Shown here: in pieces, positions 46,864 to 59,200 of the stretch | Position numbering within the stretch: the first letter of the stretch is position 1 | Layout of the letters: every line of letters starts with the position of its first letter | NCBI GenBank assembly: GCA_040285825.1 | Contig: JAUPSS010000008.1 | Coordinates: 496,001 to 560,000, forward strand | From: Eukaryota sp. TZLM1-RC | Lineage: Eukaryota > Protista > Metamonada: BaSk clade | Direction: 5' to 3' | DNA: 64,000 nucleotides | Translations under genes and position numbers: made by a program | Notes under the pieces: model-generated | Seen by the model: the letters and a program-made list of their open reading frames with translations, nothing else | What the model was told of the DNA's origin: nothing | Database searches by the model: none

Positions 46864-49800
46864 TTCTTGAATACTGAGCTACTTATCCATCCATTTCAGG
46901 AACCTTGCCATCTAAATCATCCTTATGCCATTCATGTACACCTTAGAGATGAACCTTATCTACCGCTGTTTTCAATTATACAGTCTTCTATCCAATCACC
47001 AACTTTACTCGGTTCATTTGACCTTTCAAACCTCTCGTCCTCTTCCTCCCAGATTCATGTGATTGTCGTCATCAGTTCTGTAATACATTCCCCCTCTATA
47101 CTGTTTCCCACACTTGTTCATACTCTTCCTGTCTTTATCGGCACTACGATACTCGATATGAACCACGATCTACACGAAATCAACCTTTACAAAATCAAGA
47201 AGAACAAGCATTCACTACCCCAACTTAGTAACCTTTTAGCTTGCCTTGATCAAACCATCTTTGACACGCAGTGTTTTCTTACTCTTGGCATTGAATTATC
47301 TTCTTCAGAAATTCCTTCGATTCGCAACTTTTACCAAAAGACCCTTAGTTATAGTTTAGAATATCCATTTCCTAGGTATGAGTTTTCTATAATTCAATCG
47401 TTCAAAAGGAATTTATTGTTGGTAAAATGTAATTCTTTGACACTTAATTCTCCTATTAATTCTTATTATTGCTTAATTTGTTCAATCTATCTTTTCTTTA
47501 AGGGTAATACTTTAGAAATTCCCTGTTTGGTTCAAAATGCAGGGTTTTCTGCTTCCAAACTTCCTTCTCTTTCTATTATGTGTAAGAAGGGTTGCTTGAC
47601 CCAAAAGGACAATCAAAGAAAAGAGGAAATAGGTCAAATGTTTTTGATTGATTTGGATATTGTTGAGGAATACTTGATTGATTACAATCAAACAGAAGCA
47701 TTTATGACCTTTTCAATCATTTCAGTAGGTCAAAAACGTTGTCAATTAGGACACTGTCAATCTAAGTTGATTGAATCAACTGATCCTTGCCCTTTTTCCT
47801 CAGCACATATCAATAATTTGGATATTGCAACAGATTTATCTTTAAAATTTCCCAATCTGGGATTAATTTCCTTTTCTACCAGATTGATCTCTACTAGCAA
47901 GTCGTCTGACCCTTTTATCGACAAAATTTTCAAATTTTACAATGAGATGATCTCAATTGAGGACTATTCGTCATTGGAAAACTCTCTTTCGTCACTTAAT
48001 CTTTTTTTAACACAAAATCCAACCCTTTTTAATTCACCTGAATTACTTTTTTTTATTCCTAAATTACTAAACTCCTTATTTCACATCAGTTGCTTTGATG
48101 TTGATTTTGATGGTTTTGATCTGTTATTTAGCCGAATTTTAAATACAATATTGTTATTGTTTGAGTTGCCTTTGTTAAAAGATTCCAAAGCTCTTTCTAT
48201 CCTTGAGAACTTTTCTCTTTCACCTGTTCAATGTAGGTGCTCTAGGTTATTATGCTGTGAATTTAATTCCAGCTTCTCTAATTTTATTGAATTTTTCTTG
48301 AAATTTGATTGCTTTTCTTTGCCTCAACTGATCTGTTTGAGAATTCTTATTGTGAAATTTTTGATACACTTGCCATCCCTCTCAAGTGAGCTTTTGCTTA
48401 ACTTTGCTGAGCTCATGTCAAATATTTCGAAATTTTCAAGGTCTTGTTCTAATTCCAAGTTGTTGAAGGAAATATTTAGTTTAAATGTAGCTTTATTGAA
48501 TTTCTTCTTACTAAATAGCAATTTTTGTAAGGCAACTTATAACTCAAACACTCTTTTGTCTCTTTGTTTTGAACCATTTCTGATGGTTTTTCTCAATAAT
48601 ATTCCTGCACTTGAAGGTAAAAAGTTCAATGCCAAATCTTTTCTGTTACACATTGACACTATTGTTTCAACTGTTTTAATTCAAATAAAAAATAATGATT
48701 CAAATCAAATCAGTTCATGCCTGTGTGAGTTTCTTTTGGATAAATTCAAATTAGTCGTTGAATTTCTTGTCCTTTTTGATCTTGTTGACGTTTTTGATCT
48801 GTTTGTTAAATTATTTAAAATTCTGTTGCTTTCTAACACCAATGTTCATACTGATTGCTTGGCTGTTGTAATTAACCATGTTATTGACAATATTTCTATG
48901 ACTATATCAGATTTGTTAAAGCAATTGTATAATTTCTCCAGTGATTCTCGGACTTCCTTTGAAAATAACGAAAATTTTGATCTTAAAAGTATCAAGAAAC
49001 TAACAAGTGCGCTTTACTCGTCAGAAAATGACAAATATTTGGAGCTGATCTCCTCTATTTTGCAGCTTTCTAATCTTGAAAAATTAGCACATCGAATTTC
49101 CCCATTAAGTCTTTATAGAATGACAGTAAGCGTTCTAGTCAAGGTTATTCAATCAGATAATGATGATTCGATCTTTTTTGATTTGCTCTCCTCTCTACTC
49201 AATCTGACCCACTTCTTTCTCTCCCAAAATCCTGATATTTCTATCTCATCATGTGGTTTTACTCCGATTAATACCAGTTGTTTAAGCCCTTCTAGTCTAG
49301 ATCAAAAAGAATTAATATTAACTATCTTGATTAATTCAGTTGCATCAAAATATTCATCTTTTTGTTTGGGTTTTAAGTATTTACCATTGGATTTATTTAT
49401 ACAAATTGGACGACTTTTACCTTTTTTTATTAAAACTTTCCCTCCAATGTCTAATTGTAATTGTTATTACTCTTGTTCTGTAATATTTAAATTCTTTTTA
49501 GAACATTTGGTTTTTTACCTGGCCAAAAGTAATGCTGAAATCTCATCACAACAAGCAGACAGTCTAACTTTGGTCTACAATCATTTAATGAATCATTTAT
49601 CATTGACTAGGGGAGACCAAGGTCACTCTCTCTTTAACTTAGAGAGGAACTTGCCTTTTTGGTACAACTCAACATTAAGTTTTTTGTTATCAAATCTTTC
49701 TCCTGTTGAGCTTGATACCATCAATGGCAATTTTACTGCAATCAACTCTTTAATAGAGATTAATCATTTACCCAAGAATTTTTCAAAGAGAATAAACTCC

Positions 49801-50514
49801 ATTTTCAGAATGAATATCGATATTTCTATTAGGGTTTTCCACACCAACTCTTTGCTTTCTTCAAGCAGCTTGGAAAAACCAATGGGATCTTTGCTCTGGT
49901 CTTTTTCTTTTTTGGTGCAAAGCTGTTGGACCTTAGGTTGCAGAAAACAGGAGTTGAGCAAATTAATTCATGTTTTAAAGTCGTTTAAGTGGAAGAAGGA
50001 GTCAATGTATGCATTGGAAGCGTGGCTGTTGTCCTTTGGATGTGACAGAAATTATTTACTTGAGCTGGCCAACCTCTACAAAGATCTTAATCTTGTTCAA
50101 AAGAGGGGGGTTAAGTTTTTAGAATCGTATCAACAACGTTTGGGACATAATGATGACGTAATCAATCTTTTAAATGATTGTTTATCCACCAAAGAAGAAG
50201 TTGCAATAGTCGAAACTGCTGTGGTTTGTTGCGTTTATTTTTCTGAACCAGTCGCCAGAACCTTATTTGGAATTCGTTCTTCCTTTAACTGTGTCTGTTT
50301 CAAGGTTTATCTCAGTGTCAAAGATTTTGATGAAGATTTAGTTAAATCCTTTTTAGTAGAGCAATTTCCACTGGTTAACGGTGTTGCTTTTGAACTTTCT
50401 GTTGTTAAACTTGTCAATATTGGGTACAAACTTGGTGAATTTTCTACTGTTGTCATAGGGGGTTCTTCATTTAATTTACTTGGATTTCCCTTCAATAGAG
50501 TTTTCTTTATTTAA
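46861..50514 (+). CDS. 1217-aa protein, possibly a divergent DOCK-family (C2/DHR-1 + helical) protein
   Basis: Long intact ORF. ISFSTRLISTSKSSDPFIDKIF and ELLFFIPKLLNSLF resemble the end of the DOCK C2 domain and the following helices. Confidence 0.5.
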   Translation: MFLNTELLIHPFQEPCHLNHPYAIHVHLRDEPYLPLFSIIQSSIQSPTLLGSFDLSNLSSSSSQIHVIVVISSVIHSPSILFPTLVHTLPVFIGTTILDMNHDLHEINLYKIKKNKHSLPQLSNLLACLDQTIFDTQCFLTLGIELSSSEIPSIRNFYQKTLSYSLEYPFPRYEFSIIQSFKRNLLLVKCNSLTLNSPINSYYCLICSIYLFFKGNTLEIPCLVQNAGFSASKLPSLSIMCKKGCLTQKDNQRKEEIGQMFLIDLDIVEEYLIDYNQTEAFMTFSIISVGQKRCQLGHCQSKLIESTDPCPFSSAHINNLDIATDLSLKFPNLGLISFSTRLISTSKSSDPFIDKIFKFYNEMISIEDYSSLENSLSSLNLFLTQNPTLFNSPELLFFIPKLLNSLFHISCFDVDFDGFDLLFSRILNTILLLFELPLLKDSKALSILENFSLSPVQCRCSRLLCCEFNSSFSNFIEFFLKFDCFSLPQLICLRILIVKFLIHLPSLSSELLLNFAELMSNISKFSRSCSNSKLLKEIFSLNVALLNFFLLNSNFCKATYNSNTLLSLCFEPFLMVFLNNIPALEGKKFNAKSFLLHIDTIVSTVLIQIKNNDSNQISSCLCEFLLDKFKLVVEFLVLFDLVDVFDLFVKLFKILLLSNTNVHTDCLAVVINHVIDNISMTISDLLKQLYNFSSDSRTSFENNENFDLKSIKKLTSALYSSENDKYLELISSILQLSNLEKLAHRISPLSLYRMTVSVLVKVIQSDNDDSIFFDLLSSLLNLTHFFLSQNPDISISSCGFTPINTSCLSPSSLDQKELILTILINSVASKYSSFCLGFKYLPLDLFIQIGRLLPFFIKTFPPMSNCNCYYSCSVIFKFFLEHLVFYLAKSNAEISSQQADSLTLVYNHLMNHLSLTRGDQGHSLFNLERNLPFWYNSTLSFLLSNLSPVELDTINGNFTAINSLIEINHLPKNFSKRINSIFRMNIDISIRVFHTNSLLSSSSLEKPMGSLLWSFSFLVQSCWTLGCRKQELSKLIHVLKSFKWKKESMYALEAWLLSFGCDRNYLLELANLYKDLNLVQKRGVKFLESYQQRLGHNDDVINLLNDCLSTKEEVAIVETAVVCCVYFSEPVARTLFGIRSSFNCVCFKVYLSVKDFDEDLVKSFLVEQFPLVNGVAFELSVVKLVNIGYKLGEFSTVVIGGSSFNLLGFPFNRVFFI

Positions 50515-51158
50515 TGCTTCGAGTAGGTTAATTCATTGTTTCAACAAAATAAATGTAAAATATTACACTTTCTTTTGAACTTTCTCTTTATCTCACTATA
50601 GTCACAACTCAAGCTCTTTCGTATACAGGGTTTTCGGCAACATTTTCAAGTTAACAAAAGTAGAGCACAGTAGTTCAGTCTGGTTTGTATCATGTAAATG
50701 TGGAGAAACAAGAAGATTAGCTTTCACTGTGGGCTCCTCATCTGTGGATACTTATCTTTTCTTCAGTGTGATCGATGTAGTCCCTCAAATCTTCAAAGAC
50801 TCTACCTCTCATCAGAAGAGGGATTTTTGAAGTCTCGATTGCCTTTATAATTCTTGGTTTTATAATGGAGTTTTATATATAAGAAAAAGTTTTGTATAAT
50901 TAGCAGAAAACAAAAATAGTAGCAATATACAATGGATTTAGGAAAGAGTAAAGTATGCAACCCACTGCTCCTCAAAGAAGAAGAGAAACTCTGAACAAAA
51001 ACCATTTGTTAGTCTTGGATAGTATTAAAAGCTTTAGTATTGTGGTTTATTTAGCTTTACGTTTAAGTTGAGGGAATTCTATTTCTCCTCGTAATAAATT
51101 ACATTTCATCTAGTGTATGCACAATAACGAACAGCCCTACCATCAGTTCAAAAATTCT

Positions 51159-51901
51159 ATAAGGATGCTAAAGAATCATGGATTTATCAAAACAAAACTG
51201 TAAAGGAGTGGGAAGAAGAATTAAATCAGTTTTCAAAAAAAACTCTACATCATGAAGAATTCCTATATTACTGCAAGGCAAAAAACAACTCTTCTCTCCT
51301 TGTTGGAGCTTTTTAATTTTTTTAATTTTTTTAATTTTTTTAATTTTTTTTAATAAAGATAAGAGTCATGAAACTGCAAAGTTTCATGGCCACAGAGAGG
51401 TTTGAAGCAAAATGGATGAATAAATTTGAAAATAAGTTTGGAGGTCCAGAAAATAACATTGTAGTGATGGGTGATTGGAAGCAAACCAATTTTAAGCATA
51501 AAGCACCTAAAAAGAATGTTGGTTATCAAGAGCTGATGAAAAACCGTAACTTCCGTCTATTGCTGCTGGATAATTATATAACTAGTTCTCGATGTCATGT
51601 ATGTGTACTCGAGAGAAAAGAAGGTGAAAATGTAAAGAAGCATCGAGTACCTAATCCAAGACCTTACAGGAGAGCAAAGACTCCAACGGTCCTTAGACAT
51701 GGAATACTCACTTGCAAGAAGTGTATGTGTCTATGGAATCGTAATGTCAATGCTGCTCTTAATATGATTCATGTTTATCAGTATCTGAAAGGAAATGAAA
51801 GACCTCAAGTTTTGCAAAGATCAACTTGATTCATTTCATCTTCATATTCCAGTAATCTCAACAGGTTACTATTTGACATTTCTGTGCTATTAGCCGATGT
51901 C
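51159..51901 (+). mobile_element. Family-C Fanzor remnant (longest contiguous copy) ending at a host gene start
   Basis: RFEAKWMNKFENKFGGPENNIVVMGDW..LLDNYITSSRCHVC..RHGILTCKKC..WNRNVNAALNM..GNERPQ. A TTTTAA expansion at 51311-51352 disrupts the frame. Confidence 0.9.
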
Positions 51902-51904
51902 TGA

Positions 51905-52780
51905 ATGAATGTTACATCATCTCCTCAGCTTGATGCAGCCTTTCAAAACTTTAAAAAAGATTCTTGTGGTTTGGTATCAAAATCGACAATAGCTGAGTGG
52001 TTGACAGCCAACAACTTGAACACAAACGCTGTTCAACATGTTGTCAACACTATGCCCTCTGACCACATCAATCACCAAGATTTTATAACCACTGTCCTAA
52101 AGTTCATTCCTCCTGACTCTCCCCTGGCTTCCCCTGCCATTCCTCAACGACAAACTCTCTCACCTTCGGACAATGAACTTTCTGACACCCCATCCAGTCC
52201 AGAGTCCACGTGCACCATGCCTTCCTTGAAATTCTCAGAAACTCTTCACACACCTCCCCACTCGCCACGTACACCAGTTCTCCCATCTTCTACTAGGTCT
52301 ACAAGATCAACAAGGTCCAATTCTGATAAAAATGCTGCTCTGCAGGAGGTGTTGGTTGAATACGAGAAACTAAGAACAGAGTTTCATCAGCAGTTTTTGT
52401 TACTGCAAGAATATAGAAGAAAAGTTTTGAATGGTAGGAAATCAGTTGATGCTACCAGGGGCAATGGTGACCGGAATTTGGTATATGAATTTTCCAAATT
52501 AAAAGAAGAACTATTGGTTGTTACGAGACAAAAGGATTCGCTACAGAAACAAGTCATTGAGTTGGAGAATAAGGCATCTGCCCGTGAACGACAGTCATAT
52601 GTAGTTCAATGTATGGAAGTTTGTGTAAAGGAACAGTTTCAGCATTTTTTGAATCAGCAGGAAGTATTCAAAAGGAAGGAATCTTTAAGACAGTTGGTTT
52701 TGACTGGTTGCTGTTTTTTGATTGTGATTGTGATTGTCATCTTATTAAAAAAGGACAAGGTTGTACATTATTTTGCTTAA
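51905..52780 (+). CDS. Protein with EF-hand-like N-terminus, coiled coil and C-terminal TM helix (tail-anchored)
   Basis: AFQNFKKDSCGLVS..INHQDF; heptad repeats; LVLTGCCFLIVIVIVILL. Confidence 0.7.
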   Translation: MNVTSSPQLDAAFQNFKKDSCGLVSKSTIAEWLTANNLNTNAVQHVVNTMPSDHINHQDFITTVLKFIPPDSPLASPAIPQRQTLSPSDNELSDTPSSPESTCTMPSLKFSETLHTPPHSPRTPVLPSSTRSTRSTRSNSDKNAALQEVLVEYEKLRTEFHQQFLLLQEYRRKVLNGRKSVDATRGNGDRNLVYEFSKLKEELLVVTRQKDSLQKQVIELENKASARERQSYVVQCMEVCVKEQFQHFLNQQEVFKRKESLRQLVLTGCCFLIVIVIVILLKKDKVVHYFA

Positions 52781-52899
52781 GTAACGAAATACAAAATTTC
52801 ATTCTAAATTTCTAATAAAATTTTTATCATTTTGTATTATAATTTATTCCATTGAGAAACTAAACACCAAAAATAAAATTCTAAATCTTCATTTCCCAA

Positions 52900-54440
52900 A
52901 TCAGTCAACAAAAATTGACTGGAAGTTTTTCCTTCTTAAAAGCGACCAAGAGATAATAAAGCAGAAGATAATAAGGGGATAACACATTGCAAAATTCAAA
53001 AACAAAATTTTTCTCTCCACCAAGGAAAACAGCTTGACAGAGAATAGACGATTTAGTGAAATTAATTCCACCAAAATTAGATGATGAAAGTACATGCCTT
53101 CGAATTACATCAGGATTGACATCAATCAAAGATGCAAAAATTTGTTCTTAGGTGGCTAAAGAAGCAGCAAAACTTACGTGAAATATTTGGACAAGTTGTT
53201 CTTGAAATGTGAGTAATTTAAGCGAGTAACAAATTTTTAAGATAAAAAACTTAATATGTTTTTCAATTTCTCTGTTTCAAATGAAGAAACTTAATTAAGT
53301 TCAGAAGCCAGTTTCAGTAAAAGATTATTTAATCTTTCAGTAATTTTGGGAACATTATTGAGCCAACAACCAAGGAAGCGAAATGCATCAGAAGAGTAGT
53401 TTACAAAAGCAATTTCAACTTCATCATGGTGAAACTATCTTTTGCATTTCCTATGAGGAGACATTTGTCAGGGCTGAGCAAAAGTCCAATACTTCTGTAA
53501 AGAAGCGAAGGTTCAGATGCAATTTCATTCAAAACATTTAAAGGACCAGTATTCGAGGTATCATCCATATATCATACTCTTTTCAACATAGGATAACGTT
53601 TACTGAAATGAATCAATGACTTGTGAATTGCTAAACAGAAAAGCAATGGCCCAAGAGGATGACCTTGCTTAACTTTAGAAGACCAAAAAAGAGTATAAGA
53701 TTTATAAATTAATTCACTAGCTTTACCATAAAATAAATAAAAATAGCTGGATAATTCTGGAAATTCTTTTTAAATAACATCATAAACTGCACTTCGATGT
53801 ACCGAATTAAAAGCATTTCTAAAATCCAAATTAAAATATAATTTTGATTATTGTAAATAAAAAAATAAATGAAATCTCAAGGCAGCAACAGATGCATCAT
53901 GAGTTGTTATATTGCCAAATTGGAAAGGAGCTGACAATTTAGCAGCCTTTGAAGCAACACGATTGAGACCAATTGATGCAAGGACACGATCAATTGATTC
54001 ACCAATGGCAATTGGACGAATTCCATCAGGTTTCTTACCATTTCCAAGTTTTACCAAAACAATCAGACGAGCAACCAGTAATTCTGATGGAAGAGTGGTA
54101 TTTAGGCAAACTAAATTGTGGAAAAATTCAGCAAAATCCTCGCAAACTTCTGGAGCTTTTCTACAAAGGAACCTCAAAACATCAAATGAAATACCCGATG
54201 GACATGCTGCTTTTCCTTTAAAAAGATGGTTGATAGCAGCCTGTATTTCAGTTGAATTTCTGTTAGCATCAGTCAAGAACTTACAAATTTTTGGCTTAGG
54301 ACAACAGAAATTTTCTACAGGATGAAGTTTTCCAATTTCCTCACTATTTCATCAGAAGGCTAAGCCAATTGAGAAGAAAAAATAGCTTTTTTGGCTGAAC
54401 CATAACAACCTCTTACACACATTTTCTCACCAATTTGGAT
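52900..54440 (-). mobile_element. Degenerate family-A-related LINE RT region
   Basis: GKAACPSGISFD..GIRPIAIGE, decayed QG.PLGPLLF, GGINFTKSS. Confidence 0.85.
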
Positions 54441-54643
54441 TTTAGTGAAGGTGAAGCTAAGTTTCGTGCATTGGTTGTTCTTTTCACAAAAGATTTTTTT
54501 GGAAAAAAAAACTCATAAATGTGTTATGGAAATTAATAATTGGTAATCATTTCTAATATAATTCTAATAAAAGTCTACTAAAAGTCTAATTTGTTTTACT
54601 TTATACTACGACACTTAGTAAAATTAAATAAGAACTGATGGAA

Positions 54644-56130
54644 CTAAATTCCATTAACCAAGATTTCCTCTACAAAATCCCTATCTGCTGGTTTTCTCCC
54701 CATTGCTTCTCTTATTCGATAATAGAACCGAAGTAATCTAATAATAATGGTGAATTGAATCCTATCATCAGAACCAAATTTCTTTAATGACAGTGTTTCT
54801 TTCAGCAGAGGCTCTTTAACACACGAGATTCTTGCAGTTCGTACCATATTAAAAACAGTGTCCCTGGCAGCATCATGTAATGAAGAACGATGAGCTATCA
54901 ATTTGGGACAATTCAGACCATGAGGTAAGGTGATCTGTGGGGAGTAGGAGCAAATACATTTTTCTTTTAGTAGAAGTGGTTCAATTGGATTATTCATATA
55001 TAATCTCATTTTTGTTACAAACGCTTCATGATCAGCACATTGCACAAAACTTCGTGGTACAATGGTGACAATGAGTGATTAGTCTGATGACTTGTTCCCG
55101 CATACCCCTTTTCCCAATAGTAATGGATGAAGATCTTGATACAAAACAGCAAGGTTGCATAAATTTTTATAAAGATCATGTTCAGACATTCTAGTCATTC
55201 GTATTTGTAAAGTTTGAAGTATTATAAAGTTAAAAAATTGAAATTAAAATTAAAATTAACATTAAAATTTGTTTAATTCATTTCAGGTAACATACCATTG
55301 AATGATTGGGGAAAGCATCGATTCCATTTTTCAGTATCAATTCCATTTTGTATTCATTAAAAGCAAAAATTGTTGAACTTTGCGTTGTCATTAAATCTTC
55401 CCAACCAGCAAATCTTTCAGAAAACACAAAAATTGCATTTCTCCATCATCTTAACTGTAAACATCTTATTACATTTAGAAGTAAAGTACGTAATAATGTC
55501 AGGGACCAAATCTATGTCATGTGCAAATCATATTGCGTAGACTCCTGTTCAGAGTCATTGCTATCAAAATTAATTCGTGAAATTTCCCAATATTGACAGT
55601 ACGCGCTATAATAGAAATTTGTTGATTCTGACAAGAGGTGAGATGTTTGTTCCTGGCTTAAATGGAAGTTTCACCATTTTAGATGCCATGTCTGTTGACC
55701 CTTGTAATTCTTTTAATGAACATTCATTAATTCTTATGTCAATATCCCTCTTCTTTTTGAAGAACATTACAAAATTGCTCAATACGCGAAACCTATTTCT
55801 TCTGTCAATGAAAATTGTCATACCTAGTATAATTTATGTCCCTTTGTTTTTTCTTTGCTTGGTTCTTTAGGTAAGGCTGCTATGGCTTTCCTCGAGGATT
55901 TCAATGAAGTTTTAAACGAAAGGACTGAAAGAATTCTCCATCGAGTTTACTGGCAAAACAAGATTGTGTTTTCAATTTTTAAGGGAGTAGTGAAATTAAT
56001 TTCTGCCTGACTTTCTTCTTTTGGTAAATTTTCTAAATATGTAGTAATTAACTGCTTCGATGTGGGAGATGCAGGTTTTGAGGATGTGGAGCTTTAATTG
56101 TGTTTTTGATTGTTCCAATTTAATAAATAT
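54644..56130. mobile_element. LINE patchwork: family-B 3' part (-, 54644-55220 and 55260-55440) and family-A-related 3' end (+, 55440-56130)
   Basis: CICSYSPQ..HDAARD..DFVEEILV; HLNCKH..VRDQ, MSVDPCN, YWQNKIVF. Confidence 0.85.
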
Positions 56131-56202
56131 AACAGTTAAACTTTGAGGGTGAAAGTCTTCCACTTCTCAAAAACTCATTTCCTCTACATTGGTATAACAA
56201 GG

Positions 56203-56241
56203 ACACTTATTTCATTGTAATAGATAATATCTGTAACAATG
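56203..56241 (+). promoter_or_regulatory. Second-type leader motif before the DDB1-like gene
   Basis: Matches 46822-46863; the CATTGT...ACAATG inverted repeat contains the ATG. Confidence 0.7.
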
Positions 56242-59200
56242 ACGCCCCTTGCAGATAACCTTATTGTGTCAACTATACTCCAAGGCACTTCCTCTTCCCT
56301 TCACTGCACAGGAAAGTTTATCTCTTCTGAACATGATGTTCAAATAGTCATCCCTAGAGGTAATGGTATCAATCTCTATGGGCTCAGTCCCACTGGATTG
56401 GTCCCTCTTTCGACCTCTCCTCTTTTCCGTTCAATCTCATCTCTTCACCCACTATCTCTACCTTCATCTTCCCCTTTCACGTCACTTGCTTTCATCACCC
56501 CTTCATCAGAACTTGGTGTTTTCCACTTTGAGCAATCATCTCACAACTCGATAAAACTTAAACTGGATGCTATTGGATCCATCACAACCCGTCAATGCTT
56601 AGGTTCTCCTCTTGAAAAGAATCACCTAACTGTACTCAACCACCCCTCCTGCCCCATTCTTGTCTCTGCCACAGCTTCTGGTCGTCTTTCCTTCTCCCCT
56701 CTCTCTTCCAAGTCATCTAGCATATTGTCCCACCACATCCCAATTGAGGAGGTAACCATAACTTCCATGGGGGTCGTTCCTGATTCAATGATGATCTACG
56801 TTTTAGGTGATGTTGCAGAACCGTCAATGAGGAAGAGAAGGCTTTCTGTTTACAAGGCTGATTTTGATGAATCTCAATCTATCGTTCTTTTATCAAAACA
56901 CACCTTTTACGATGTCCCCTCCGATTCTTCCTTTGCCCTTCCACTGAATATCTCTGGTGAAGTCTCTTTCTTTATTGCAGGTCCTAACTACATCAGTTTA
57001 GTCTCTTCAATTAACACTAAGCACTTTGAGTCAAATAATTCTGATGTTACTTGTGCAGTTGTGTCCAGTGAGGTTCAATTAGTGTACTTTGATGGCAGGG
57101 GAAAGCTTTTTGAGTTTAGGGTTAATGATGGTATCGTGAGGGAAATTCCAATCAAAATGATTGATGATGTTGATCGTTTGACTAGCATTGACTCTCTAAT
57201 CACTTCTTCTTCATTGTTGGTCAAAAAAGATAATTTAACTACAGTACTTGCTGTATCTCCCTACACAAACTCTTATTTGATCAACATTCCGTTCAATGTC
57301 CACCTTGAACTCTCCCCTTCTTCGTACGCTGCTACTGCTGCCCCCTGCCTCCCTTCCTGTGCTCCCATCTCCTCCTTAGCCTCCTTGAATGATTCATTGG
57401 TGGCAGCGGTCGGAACTCTTGGGGGAGGTGGTGTTTTGAATCTGAAAAGGGGTAGTGAGTTTGTTTCTTTCTCCAACATTGAGGTAGGGTCTCCATTAAT
57501 TCCTTTCTTTGTTGATGGTTTTCTTATCTTGTCTGGCGGAGGCACGGCTGCATTGAAATTGGTTGGTGATGAGTCTGGGGTTCTTGACCTGCAAGAAGTG
57601 GAAAGGTTGCCTAATTGGGAGATGGAAGCGGAAAGTATAGGGGTTGGATTGATTAACGGAGACGTCATGGCTCAAGTAACTAATCGTAAGGTCAATACCA
57701 GTCAAGCTGGTCTTTCTTGGTCAACAGATCAAAATTCTCTTATTCTGACCTGTTGCTTCCATAATAATTCCATCTTTCTTTCCCTTGATAATGATTCATT
57801 GATAGCTCTTTCTTCTGATCTGACCCCTTTATCAGTTACTCTTCCAAGTGCTGCCGTCACCATTTCAGCATTTGAAGGATATCTGTTCGTTGGTTGTTGG
57901 AGTGGTGAACTAATGATGTTTAGTGAGGGTCTTGATGTAATTGGTCATTTGCCTGCTATTCCGTTTTCGCAGGCAAAACCAAGACATTCAACATTTATGA
58001 GGTTTGGTTCTACACTTTACTTGTTTATTAGTCTTGCAGATGGGCACGTGGGTTTCCGTTCCGTTTCTAACCCTCTTGACTGTCATTCTGATTGGACTTG
58101 GTTTCATCTCTCTTCTGTTGAATCCAGGTTTTGTCCTGTTCACAATCAAAATGAAAGCTATTTATTGGCCTTGTCTGATACAAATTACCTCATCAAAACA
58201 GTAAATTCAAAACCAATTCCTCTATACCTAAACTTCCAAAGTGCCGTTGCTGGTGTCTATTGCCAAGTTGTTCCCTCTCCCTTCGTTGCCATTTCAACCA
58301 CAAATTCGGTTTACTTTGGCTCAATTAACACGAAGCCTTTAATTCATTCCTCATTCTCCTCTCTCAACCATCTTACTCCCAGGAGGGTGGCCAGGGTGCC
58401 GGAAACTAGCTCAGTTGTAGTTAGTGGAAGCAGAATAGAGTCGCAAAGAGGCCATGTGTTCAAATCTTTTGGGTCATTTGCAAAGGTTTGGGGGTCAGAA
58501 TCTGGAGTTTTCAGTGATTTTTACAACTTGGATCAGCATGATAGTGTCGTCACTGGCTGTTGTTGCTTTTTTAATGAAAAAAGTGATTCTTTTTTCACAA
58601 TACTTGCAGTCGCTAATGAAGTTTTGAGGTTTTCTAGTATAATTATATTTAAATCAAAAGATAAAACTAGTTGGGAGAAGGTGGCAGATTTTGAATTGAA
58701 AAAAGGTCTTGTCTTCTCTTTGTTGCACATTCCAAGCCCCAATCCAACTTTTTCTGTCGGATTCAATGCTCAGGTGTTCATTTACGAAATTGACCCGGTC
58801 AGTTTTGATTGCATTGTTCTAGCCGAGCTCCTCACTCAGTTTTTTGCTTATTCGCAATCTTTAGCGGGAAATTTTTTGGCAATTGGGGATTATACGGCTT
58901 CTGTTACACTAACTAAACTAATTCGAAATAATAAAGGAAAAGTTGAGAAAATTCAAGAAGTTTCCCGAGATTTTAAACCTCTTTCTTGTAAGTCATTGTA
59001 CTTGATTGATAAGAATACTGCAATTGCTTCAGCAACTCAAGGAAAAATACACTTGATGTCATTCCCTCACGATGCCGCAAGCAGCACCTTTGCCCGCAGA
59101 GGTCAGTCAATTCACTACCACTCCAATGTGTCCTGTTTCAATTCAGTTGATTCTCTCTATCCATCTTCTCTACAAGCTGTTTCTTTTGTTAAACCATTAG

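Noticed and set aside
25300-54660. Sequence-specific target site for family-B LINE
   Set aside because: Flanks after the CAATAAAT 3' end differ among the copies at 25300, 27335, 30060 and 43790.
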